Assembly: GCA_032718475.1 (NCBI GenBank) | Contig: JAUCBJ010007962.1 | Coordinates: 7,400-71,399, forward strand | DNA length: 64,000 nucleotides | Reading direction: 5' to 3' | Source of the DNA: Nemertoderma westbladi | Taxonomy: Eukaryota; Animalia; Xenacoelomorpha | Part shown: piece by piece, positions 49,933-61,668 of the stretch | How positions within the stretch are numbered: position 1 is the first letter of the stretch | Layout of the letters: every line of letters begins with the position of its first letter | Notes under the pieces: model-generated | What the model saw: only the letters and a program-made list of their open reading frames with translations | Told to the model about the DNA's origin: nothing | Database searches by the model: none | Made by a program: the position numbers and the translations under genes

Positions 49933-52900
49933 CTAGAAAGGCATTTCCTAAAGGAAATGCAACCACGAAGCTAAGGAAAATTAAACACACTTTGACTCAT
50001 CAGTTCATTGGTACTAGTTAAAAGTCATATGTCTTAATACAACTCCCATCACCATGGCAACTGGAGTTTTCTAGAACTGCTCGGTTTTACATGAGGATCC
50101 AGTTTGTAGTTCCGTGACACAAATTGACTTCAAGGAAGTTTCATTGAGTAGTTGATGTCCAAAATTAAGGATGTATTTGTTAAAACATCAGTTTGCAGTG
50201 GTTGTCTTGGAAACTGATAAATATTAAAACGTTAATTGGATGCAGAATAAGTGATATAGTGGGGGTAGCGGTTGGTCCCAAGTCGTAATATCTTAATGTT
50301 ATGGCTTAAGTAATTATTTTATAAAGTTGAACATCTGTTTAACCTGGTTGCCTGTTAACTGAATTTTTTAATTGACCTCAATAAGCGCAACTATTGTCCT
50401 TATAATTGAGTTGAAAAACTTCAAGTTTCGATCTATTATTATTAATTGAGTTGAAAAACTTCAAGTTTCGATCTATTATGGTTGTTGTACAAATAGAGTT
50501 AAAAATATAGACTTTAATGTAATAGAAATGATTTTAATAAACTCCAGTTACCAGGGTAACTAGATATTTCTAGAAGTTTTGAGTTTTTCAAAAAGTTCCA
50601 AATAGGAGTCCAGATAACACATACCCAGTTTCAGAGAATGTTATCGTTTAGTCTATCTACAAAATTAACAATTTTTGTGTCAAAACATATGTTTTCAGCG
50701 GTTGCCATGGAAACTGAAAAATAGAACAACGTAATTCGGATGCAGAATAAGTTATATAGAGGGGGTAGGGATTGGTCCCATGTCATAATACCTTTAACTT
50801 TTGCTAAAAATTATCATTTTATAAATTTGAACATCTGTTTAGCCTGGTTGCCATGGTATAGTTTATATCTAAGTTTATATCTATTACGGTTTTTCTACAA
50901 ATGGAGTTATGAATATAGACTTGAATGATATAATCTGTAATAAACTCCAGTTACCACGGTAACTAGATATTTCAGGAATGTTTTGAGTTCCACTAAAAGT
51001 TCCAACTAGTTGTCCAGATAACACATACCCAGTTTTGTAAAATTTTATCGCGAAGTCTATGTCCAAATGAGTTATTTTTGTATAGAAACATCTGTTTTCA
51101 GCGGTTGTCATGGTAACTGCAAAACAGAACAATGAAATTTGGACGCAGAATAAGTTATATTGTAGGGGTAGGGATTGGTTCCAAGTCATAACACCTTCTC
51201 CTTAGGCTGCAAATTAACATTTTATAAATTTTAACATCTGTTTATCCCGGTTGCCAAGGTAACTGGATTTTCAATTTAAACTCAATCGGCTCTGCTATGG
51301 ACCTTATAATTGAGTTGAGAAACCCCAAGTTTATATCTATTGTAGTTTTCTTACAAATAGAGTTATAAATATTGATTGATTTTTCCTGGATATGAGACCC
51401 AGCACAAAAGATGCTCCTCGACGAGTAGTATATACATGCAAAATTTCAGGGTGCTTTTAAAGGCTAGTTTTATCCCCGGTCAAAAAAAACTAATCTGCCC
51501 CATACAAGTAAAAGGGCCCACTATGAATAGACCATCTCAGCTAAGGAAAATATTTCTTAGCGGAAGTAGTTCATTTTCCTTAGCTTCGTGGATTTTTACG
51601 AGAAAGGCATTTCCTAAAGGAAATGCAACCACGAAGCTAAGGAAAATTAAACAAACGGCCACACTTTGGTTCGTTGCTTAGCCTCGTTTAGTAGCATTTG
51701 TCAATAAATTAACTTCTATTCCCATGGAAACTAGAGTTCTCTGGAACTGTTGCTTTAACCTTTGAAAAAAAAATCAGTACAGATTGTGGTTCAGATAACA
51801 CATATACTGAGTTTCAGAAAATATTGTAGTTTATGTCCAAATTACCGATTTTCTATCAAAATGCATCTGTTTGCAGTGGTTGTCATGGAAACTGAAAAAT
51901 AGAACAAGGTAATTCGGATGCAGAATAAGTCATATAGTGGGGGTAGGGGTTAGTCCCAAGTCATAATACTATTAACTTGTACTTCAAATTATCATTTTAT
52001 AAATTTTAACATCTGTTCAGACTTGTTGCTATGGTAACTGTATTTTCTAATTAGCCTCAAACGGCTTGGATATGGATCTTATAGATGAGTTGCAAAACCC
52101 CAAGTTTATATATATTACAGTTTTGCTACAAATAGAGTTATCAATATAGACTTGAGAATGATATAGAGTTTAATAAACTACAGTTACCATGGTAACTAAA
52201 TTTCTGGAATAATTTAAGTTTCACTAAAAGTTCCAACTAGTGGTCCAGATAACACATACCCAGTTTTGTAAAATTTTATCGCGAAGTCTATGTCCAAATG
52301 AATAATTTTTGTATAAAAACATCTGTTTTCTGCGGTTGTCATGGTAACTGAAAAATAGAACAATGTAATTCGGATGCAGAATAAGTTATATAGTGGGGGT
52401 AAGGGTTGGTCCCAAGTCATAACACCTTGCCCTTAGGCCTCAAATTTACATTTTATAAATTTTAACATCTGTTTATCCCGGTTGCCAAGGTAACTGGATT
52501 TTCTATTTAGCCTCAATCGGATCTGCTATGGACCTTATAGTTGTGTTGCGAATCCCCAAGTTTATATCTATTATAGTTTTCCTACAAATAGAGTTATAAA
52601 TATTGACTTGAAATACATAGACTTTTTTTGAAGTCCGTTGCCATGGAAACCAGATTTTTCCTGGATATGAGACCCGGCCCAAAAGATGCGCCTCGCCGAG
52701 TAGTATATACATGAAAAATTTCAGGGTACTTTTAAAGGCTAGTTTTTTCCCCGGTCAAAAAAAACCAAATCTGCTCCATACAATTAAAATAGCCCACTAT
52801 GAATAGACCATCTCAGCTAAGGAAAATCGTTCTTAGCGAAAGTAGTTGATTTTCCTTAGCTTCGTGGATTAATGTGAGAAAAGAATCACTTTGCAGGATT

Positions 52901-55900
52901 ACTAGAAAGGCATTTCCTGAAGGAAATGCAACCACGAAGCTAAGGAAAATTAAACACACTTTGACTCATCAGTTCATTGGTTCTAGTTAAAAGTCATATG
53001 TCTTAATACAACTCCCATCACCATGGCAACTTGAGTTTTCTAGAACTGCTCGGTTATACATTAAGATCCAGTTTGTAGTTCCGTGACACAAATTTACTTC
53101 AAGGAAGTTTCATTGAGTAGTTGATGTTCAAAATTAAGGATGTACTAGAAAGGCATTTCCTAAAGGAAATGCAACCACGAAGCTAAGGAAAATTAAACAA
53201 AGGGCCACAATTTGGTTTGTTGCTTAGCCTAGTTTAGTAGCATTTGCCAATAAATAACTTATATTCCCATGGAAACTAGAGTTCTCTGGAACTGTTGGTT
53301 TTACCTTTGAAAAAAGATTCAGTAAAGATTGTGGTTCAGATAACACTTTCCGAGTTTCAGAAAATATTGTAGTTTATGTCCAAATTACCGATTTTCTATT
53401 AAAATGCAACTGTTTGCAGTGGTTGTCATGGAAACTGAAAAATAGAACAATGTAATTCGGATGCAGAATAAGTCATATAATGGGGGTAGGTCTTGGTCCC
53501 AAGTCATAATACTATTAACTTGTGCTTCAAATTATCATTTTATAAATTTTAACATCTGTTTAGTCTTGTTGCTATGGTGACTGGATTGTGTAATTAATCT
53601 CGAATGGATTGTATTATGTATATGGACCTTATAGATGAGATGCAAAATACCAAATTTATATATATTACATTATTTTGCTACAAATAGAGTATTGAATTTA
53701 GACTTGAATGATATAGACTTTAATAAACTCCAGTCACCATGGTAACTAGTTATTTCTGGAATGTTTTCAGTTTCACCAAAAGTCCCAACTAGTGGTCCAG
53801 ATAACACATACCCAGTTTCATAAAATTTTATCATGAAGTCTATGTCCAAATGAGTAATTTTTGCATAAAAACATCTGTTTTCAGCGGTTGTCATGGTAAC
53901 TGCAAAATAAAACAATGAAATTCGGACGCAGAATAATTTATATAGTGGGGGTAGGGGTTGGTCCCAAGTCATAACACCTTAACCTTAGGCTTCAAATTAA
54001 CATTTTATAAATTTTAACATCTGTTTAGCCCGGTTGCCAAGGCAACTGGATTTTCTATTGAACCTCAATCGGCTCTGCTATGGACCTTATAGTTGAGTTG
54101 AGAAACCCCAAGTTTATATCTATTATAGTTTTCCTACAAACAGAGTTATAAATATTGACTTGAAATACATAGACTTTTTTTGAAGTCCGTTGCCATGGAA
54201 ACCAGATTTTTCCTGGATATGAGACCCAGTCTAAAAGATGCGCCTCGACGAGTAGTATATACATGCAAATTTTCAGGGTACTTTTAAAGGCTAGATTTGC
54301 CGGGGGTCAAAAAAAACCAAATCTGCCTCACACAAGTAAAATAGCCCACTATGAATAGACCATCTCAGCTAAGGAAAATCTTTCTTAGCGAAAGTAGTTG
54401 ATTTTCCTTAGCTTCGTGGATCCCTTAAAATCGTCGCGAATGATATCTGAAATGTCTATAATAGCTGATTTACGAGAAAGGCATTTCCTAAAGGAAACGC
54501 AACCACGAAGCTAAGGAAAATTAAACAATTTGTTTGGTTCGCTTAGCCTTAGCCTCGTTTAGTAGCAATTGTCAATAATTAACTTATACTAGAAAGGCAT
54601 TTCCTAAAGGAAATGCAACCACGAAGCTAAGGAAAATTAAACAAACCGCCACACTTTGGTTCGTTGCTTAGCCTAGTTTAGTAGCATTTGCCACTAATTA
54701 ACTTATATTCCCATGGAAACTAGAGTACTCTGGAACTGTTGGTGTTACCTTTGAAAAAAGATTCAGTCCAGATTGTGGTTCAGATAACACATACCAAGTT
54801 TCAGAAAATATTGTAGTTTATGTCCAAATTACCGATTTTCCTTCAAAATGCATCTGTTTGCGGTGGTTGTCATGAAAACTGAAAAACAGAACAATGTAAT
54901 TTGGATGCAGAATAAGTTATATAATGGGGGTAGGTCTTGGTCCCAAGTCATAATACTATTAACTTGTGTTTCAAATTATCATTTTATAAATTTTAACTTC
55001 TGTTTAGTCTGGTTGCTATGGTAACTGGATTGTGTAATTAACCTCGAACGGCTTGTATATGGACCTTATAGATGTGTTGCAAAACCCCAAATTTATATAT
55101 ATTACATTATTTTGCTACAAATAGAGTATTGAATTTAGATTTGAATGATATAGACTTTGATAAACTACAGTTACCATGGTAACAAGATATTTCTGGAATG
55201 TTTTCAGTTTCACTAAAAGTTCCAACTAGTGGTCCAGATAACACATACCCAGTTTCGTAAAATTTTATCGCGAAGTCTATGTCCAAATGAGTAATTTTTG
55301 CATAAAAACATCTGTTTTCAGCGGTTGTCATGGTAACTGCAAAATAAAACAATGAAATTCGGACGCAGAATAAATTATATAGTGGGGGTAGGGGTTGGTC
55401 CCAAGTCATAACACCTTGTCCTTAGGCTTCAAATTATCATTTTATAAATTTTAACATCTGTTTAGCCTGGTTGCCAAGGCAACTGGATTTTCTATTGAAC
55501 CTCAATCGGCTCTGCTATGGACCTTATAGTTGTGTTGCGAAACCCCAAGTTTATATCTATTATAGTTTCCCTACAAATAGAGTTTTAAATATTGACTTGA
55601 AATACAGAGACTTTTTTATAAGTCCGTTTCCATGGAAACCAGATTTTTCCTGGATATGAGACCCGGCCCAAAAGATGCGCCTCGACGAGTAGTATATACA
55701 TGCAAAATTTCAGGGTACTTTTAAAGGCTAGTTTTTTCACCGGTCAAAAAACCCCAAATCTGCCTCACACAAGTAAAATAGCCCACTATGAATAGACCAT
55801 CTCAGCTAAGGAAAATCTTTCTTAGCGAAAGTAGTTGATTTTCCTTAGCTTCGTGGATTCCCATGGAAACTAGAGTTCTCTGGAACTGTTGCTTTAACCT

Positions 55901-58900
55901 TTGAAAAAAAATTCAGTACAGATTGTGGTTCAGATAACACATATACTGAGTTTCAGAAAATATTGTAGTTTATGTCCAAATTACCGATTTTCTATCAAAA
56001 TGCATCTGTTTGCAGTGGTTGTCATGGAAACTAAAAAATAGAACAATGTAATTCGGATGCAGAATAAGTCATATAGTGGGGGTAGGGGTTAGTCCCAAGT
56101 CATAATACTATTAACTTGTGCTTCAAATTATCATGTTATAAATTTTAACATCTGTTTAGACTTGTTGCTATGGTAACTGTATTTTCTAATTAACCTCAAA
56201 CGGCTTGGATATGGATCTTATAGATGAGTTGCAAAACCCCAAGTTTATATATATTACAGTTTTGCTACAAATAGAGTTATCAATATAGATTTGAATGATA
56301 TAGAGTTTAATAAACTACAGTTACCATGGTAACTAAATTTCTGGAATAATTTAAGTTTCACTAAAAGTTCCAACTAGTGGTCCAGATAACACATACCCAG
56401 TTTTGTAAAATTTTATCGTGAAGTCTATGTCCAAATGAATAAGTTTTGAATAAAAACATCTGTTTTCAGCGGTTGTCATGGTAACTGAAAAATAGAACAA
56501 TGTAATTCGGATGCAGAATAAGTTATATAGTGGGGGTAGGGGTTGGTCCCAAGTCATAACACCTTGCCCTTAGGCCTCAAATTAACATTTTATAAATTTT
56601 AACATCTGTTTATCCCGGTTGCCAAGGTAACTGGATTTTCTATTTAGCCTCAATCGGATCTGCTATGGACCTTATAGTTGAGTTGCGAAACCCCAAGTTT
56701 ATATCTATTATAGTTTTCCTACAAATAGAGTTATAAATATTGACTTGAAATACACAGACTTTTTTTGAAGTCCGTTGCCATGGAAACCAGATTTTTCCTG
56801 GATATGAGACCCGGCCCAAAAGATGCGCCTCGCCGAGTACTATATGCATGCAAAATTTCAGGGTACTTTTAAAGGCTAGTTTTTTCACCTATCAAAAAAC
56901 CCCAAATCTGCCCCATACAAGTAAAATAGCCCACTATGAATAGACCATCTCAGCTAAGGAAAATCTTTCTTAGCGAAAGTAGTTGATTTTCCTTAGCTTC
57001 GTGGATTTGTTAAAACATCAGTTTGCAGTGGTTGTCTTGGAAACTGATAAATACTAGAAAGGCATTTCCTAAAGGAAATGCAACCACGAAGCTAAGGAAA
57101 ATTAAACACTTTTTGACTCATCACTACATTGCTTTACAGAGTTAAGAGGCATATGCCTTTAAAACCTTTTCTAGAACTGCTGAGGTTTACATTAAGATCC
57201 GGTTTGTGGTTCCAGGTGACACATACTTCAATTCAGTTTCATTGAGTAGTTAATGTGCAAAACTAAGGATTTAATTGTTAAAACGTCTGTTTGTAGGGGT
57301 TGTCATGGAAACTGAAAAATGGAACAATATAAATTGGATGCGGAATTAGTGATATAGTGGGGGTAGGGATTGGTCCCAAGTCGTAATACCTTAAAGTTAT
57401 GCTTCAAATAACCATTTTATAAATTTGAACATCTGTTTAGCATGGTTGCCCTGGTAACTAGATTTTTTAATCAACCTCAATAAGCTCGACTATTGTCCCT
57501 ATCATTGAGTTGAGAAACCCCAAGTTTATATCTATTGTGGTTATTCTATAAATAGAGTTATGAATATAGACTTGAATGATATAATCTGTAATAAACTCCA
57601 GTTACCATGGTAACTAGATATTTCTGGAATGTTTTGAGTTTTACTAAAAGTTCCAACTAGTGGTCCAGATAACACATAACCAGTTTCGTAAAATTTTATC
57701 GCGAAGTCTATGTCCAAATGAGTAATTTTTGTATAAAAACATCTGTTTTCAGCGGTTGTCATGGTAACTGAAAAATAGAACAATGTAATTCGGATGCAGA
57801 ATAAGTTATATAGTGGGGGTAGGGGTTGGTCCCAAGTCATCACACCTTAACCTTAGGCTTCAAATTAACATTTTATAAATTTTAACATCTGTCTAGCCCG
57901 GTTGCCAAGGCAACTGGATTTTCTATTGAACCTCAATCGGCTCTGCTATGGACCTTATAGTTGTGTTGCGAAACCCCAAGTTTATATCTATTATAGTTTT
58001 CCTACAAATAGAGTTATAAATATTGACTTGAAATACATAGACTTTTTTCTAAGTCCGTTGCCATGGAAACCAGATTTTTCCTGGATATGAGACCCGGCCT
58101 AAAAGATGCGCCTCGTCGAGTAGTATATACATGCAAAATTTCAGGGTACTTTTAAAGGCTAGTTTTTTCACCTATCAAAAAACCCCAAATCTGCTCCATA
58201 CAAGTAAAATAGCCCACTATGAATAGACCATCTCAGCTAAGGAAAATCTTTCTTAGCGAAAGTAGTTGATTTTCCTTAGCTTCGTGGACTGGATTGTGTA
58301 ATTAACGTGGAACGGCTTGTATATGGATGGACCTTATAGATGTGTTGCAAAACCCCAAATTTATATATATTACATTATTTTGCTACAAATAGAGTATTGA
58401 ATTTAGACTTGAATGATATAGACTTTAATAAACTCCAGTCACCATGGTAACTAGATATTTCTGGAATGTTTTCAGTTTCACCAAAAGTCCCAACTAGTGG
58501 TCCAGATAACACATACCCAGTTTCATAAAATTTTATCATGAAGTCTATGTCCAAATGAGTAATTTTTGCATAAAAACATCTGTTTTCAGCGGTTGTCATG
58601 GTAACTGCAAAATAGAACAATCAAATTCGGACGCAGAATAATTTATATAGTGGGGGTAGGGGTTGGTCCCAAGTAATAACACCTTAACCTTAGGCTTCAA
58701 ATTAACATTTTATAAATTTTAACATCTGTTTAGCCTGGTTGCCAAGGTAACTGGATTTTCTATTTAACTTCAATCGGCTCTGCTATGGACCTTATAGTTG
58801 AGTTGAGAAACCCCAAGTTTATATCTATTATAGTTTTCCTACAAATAGAGTTATAAATATTGACTTGAAATACATAGACTTTTTTTGAAGTCCGTTGCCA

Positions 58901-60543
58901 TGGAAACCAGATTTTTCCTGGATATGAGACCCGGCCCAAAAGATGCGCCTCGTCGAGTAGTATATACATGCAAAATTTCAGGGTACTTTTAAAGGCTAGT
59001 TTTTTCACCTATCAAAAAAAACCAAATCTGCCTCACACAAGTAAAATAGCCCACTATGAATAGACCATCTCAGCTAAGGAAAATCTTTCTTAGCGAAAGT
59101 AGTTGATTTTCCTTAGCTTCGTGGATTAAAACTTTAATTGGATGCAGAATAAGGGATACTAGAAAGGCATTTCCTAAAGGAAATGCAACCACGAAGCTAA
59201 GGAAATTTAAACACACTTTGACTCATCAGTTCATTGCTTCTAGTTAAAAGTCATATATCTTAATTCAACTCCCATCACCATGGAAACTGGAGTTTGCTAG
59301 AACTGCTAAGTTTTACATTAAGATAAAGTTTGTGGTTCCAGGTGACACAAATCGACTTCAAGGAAGTTTCATTGAGTAGTTGATGTCCAAAATTAAGGAT
59401 GTATTTGTTAAAACATCAGTTTGCAGTGGTTGTCTTGGAAACTGATAAATATAAAAACGTTAATTGGATGCAGAATAAGTGATATAGTGGGGGTAGGGGT
59501 TGGGCCCAAATCGTAATATCTTAATGATATGGCTTAAGTAATTATTTTATAAATTTGAACATCTGTTTAGCCTGGTTGCCTGGTAAATGAATTTTCTAAT
59601 TGACCTCAATAAGCACAACTATTGTCCTTGTAATTGAGTTGAAAAACTTCAAGTTTCGATCTATTATGGTTGTTGTACAAATAGAGTTAATAATATAGAC
59701 TTTAATGTAATATATTTTGATAAACTCCAGTTACCATGGTAACTAGATATTTCTAGAAGTTTTGAGATTTTCAAAAAGTTCCAAATAGGAGTCCAGATAC
59801 CACATACACAGTTTCAGAGAATGTTATCGTTTAGTCTATCTAAATGAACAATTTTTGTGTCAAAACATCTGTTTTCAGTGGTTGCCATGGAAACTGAAAA
59901 ATAGAACAACGTAATTCGGATGCAGAATAAGTTATATAGAGGGGGTAGGTATTGGTCCCATGTCATAATACCTTTAACTTTTGCTTAAAATTGTCATTTT
60001 ATAAATATGAACATCTGTTTAGCCTGGTTGCCAGGTAACATGATTTTTTAATTTACCTCAATCTGCTCACCTATGGCCCTTACAGTTGAGTTGAGAAACC
60101 CCAAGTTTATATCTATTGCGGTTTTTCTACAAATAGAGTTATGAATATAGACTTGAATGATATAATCTGTAATAAACTCCAGTTACCACGGTAACTAGAT
60201 ATTTCTGGAATGTTTTGAGTTTACTAAAAGTTCCAACTAGTGGTCCGGATAACACATACCCAGTTTCGTAAAATTTTATCGCGAAGTCTATGTCCAAATG
60301 AGTATTTTTTGTATAAAAACATAAGTTTTCAGCGGTTGCCATGGTAACTGCAAATTAGAACAATGAAATTTGGACGCAGAATAAGTTATATAGTGGGGGT
60401 AGTGGTTGGTCCCAAGTCATAACGCCTTGTCCTTATTCTTCAAATTAACATTTTATAAATTTTAACATCTGTTTATCCCGGTTGCCAAGGTAACAGGATT
60501 TTCTATTCAACCTCAATCGGCTCTGTTATGGACCTTATAGTTG
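49933..60543 (-). mobile_element. Nest of about 9 non-autonomous Helitron copies (full copies 1.2-1.7 kb, with ~450-bp internal subrepeats)
   Basis: On the minus strand copies start TCCACGAAGCTAAGGAAAAT and end with hairpin GCATTTCC-TTTA-GGAAATGC plus CTAG; inserted between A and T without TSD; copies 49933-51592, 51599-52868, 52902 (split), 53145-54420, 54473-57005, 54589-55857, 57054-58288, 58289-59125 (partial), 59159-60543. Confidence 0.85.
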
Positions 60544-60982
60544 TGTAAGCGGATTCAATTCCACTTCATTACCCACCAGAAAATGGGACCAGTGGCATTT
60601 AGCAATACGTTGGGGATATGGTTATTCCCACGTGGCTCATAGATTCGAACAGTTAGCTCTCTATCGAGCGATCGGTAGAGAAAGGAACAAGCGATTTGCA
60701 GGAGCCATATAAATTAGTAAAATATATTAGCGGACGGCAGGTTAGCGCCATCCAACGGTAAGTAGCGGTTTTGTGTTTAGCAGTTGCGCAGTATAATAAT
60801 AGCGCGCTCCTGATCGCCCCTGTTTAACAGGTAGCAATAACATACCCAGGAGGGGCGGCCTGGAAAGCCAACCCCGAGAAAAGAACTCCACCCCACCCCG
60901 ATAGTAGATTGGGTTCCAGCGGAATTGAAGCGCACTTGAGGTTGATGCTATCTTCTCACTGGGAAGATAGCATGGGGGGGAG

Positions 60983-61604
60983 TGTAAGCGGATTCAATTC
61001 CACTTCATTACCCACCAGAAAATGGGACCAGTGGCATTTAGCAATATGTTGGGGATACGAAATTACCAATATTAATCTCGTCTCATAACCAACATTGGGG
61101 GGGGGGGGGGGGGCGACACAAGCCCCAAAGCCACAGAGAGAGGTGAGAGGTCAAACCACCTCGGAGGGAACACAGCTAGTAGAGGCTAGCAGCGGAGGGA
61201 AACACTCATAGGGACTGCCAAAGTGACAATTAGTATATTAGCCAGTAGTTGGGAGGGAAGCGCGTGATAGGGAACAGGAAAGCATCCATTGGGTAGAGGG
61301 CCAAAGTACATTAGGAGGTGAAACCAATATTTAATGTGTGGCTAATCATATATTATCTTACATTACTGGTTTACCGGTCAGTTGAGTTATTCAGTCAGTG
61401 CAGACCGGTCATAGTTAATGACCGCCACCGCCATACTGGTAACAATTAATCTGTATTTTCTGCTTATTATCTACCGATATCAAGAGACAACAGAAACTCT
61501 TATTGTTTTCCCCAACGGCCTCGGCCAAAGCTACTAGCACGATCCCCCAGCAGAACAGTGACGCGTACATTTCTAACCCGGTCGGGATCTCTGATCCCGT
61601 CACA
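60983..61604 (+). repeat. LTR of element 4 (622 bp)
   Basis: GGGGGGGAG then TGTAAGCG...CCCGTCACA; homologous ends to 35956-36512. Confidence 0.85.
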
Positions 61605-61668
61605 GTCATTAACTGCCACCTGCCAACTAAATAAACTGTGACAGCAGACGAAGACAGCGAGAAAGAAA

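Noticed and set aside
50740-60342. Recurrent ~100-aa ORFs (MTWDQPLPPLYNLFC...)
   Set aside because: They are translations of the non-coding Helitron subrepeat with variable stops
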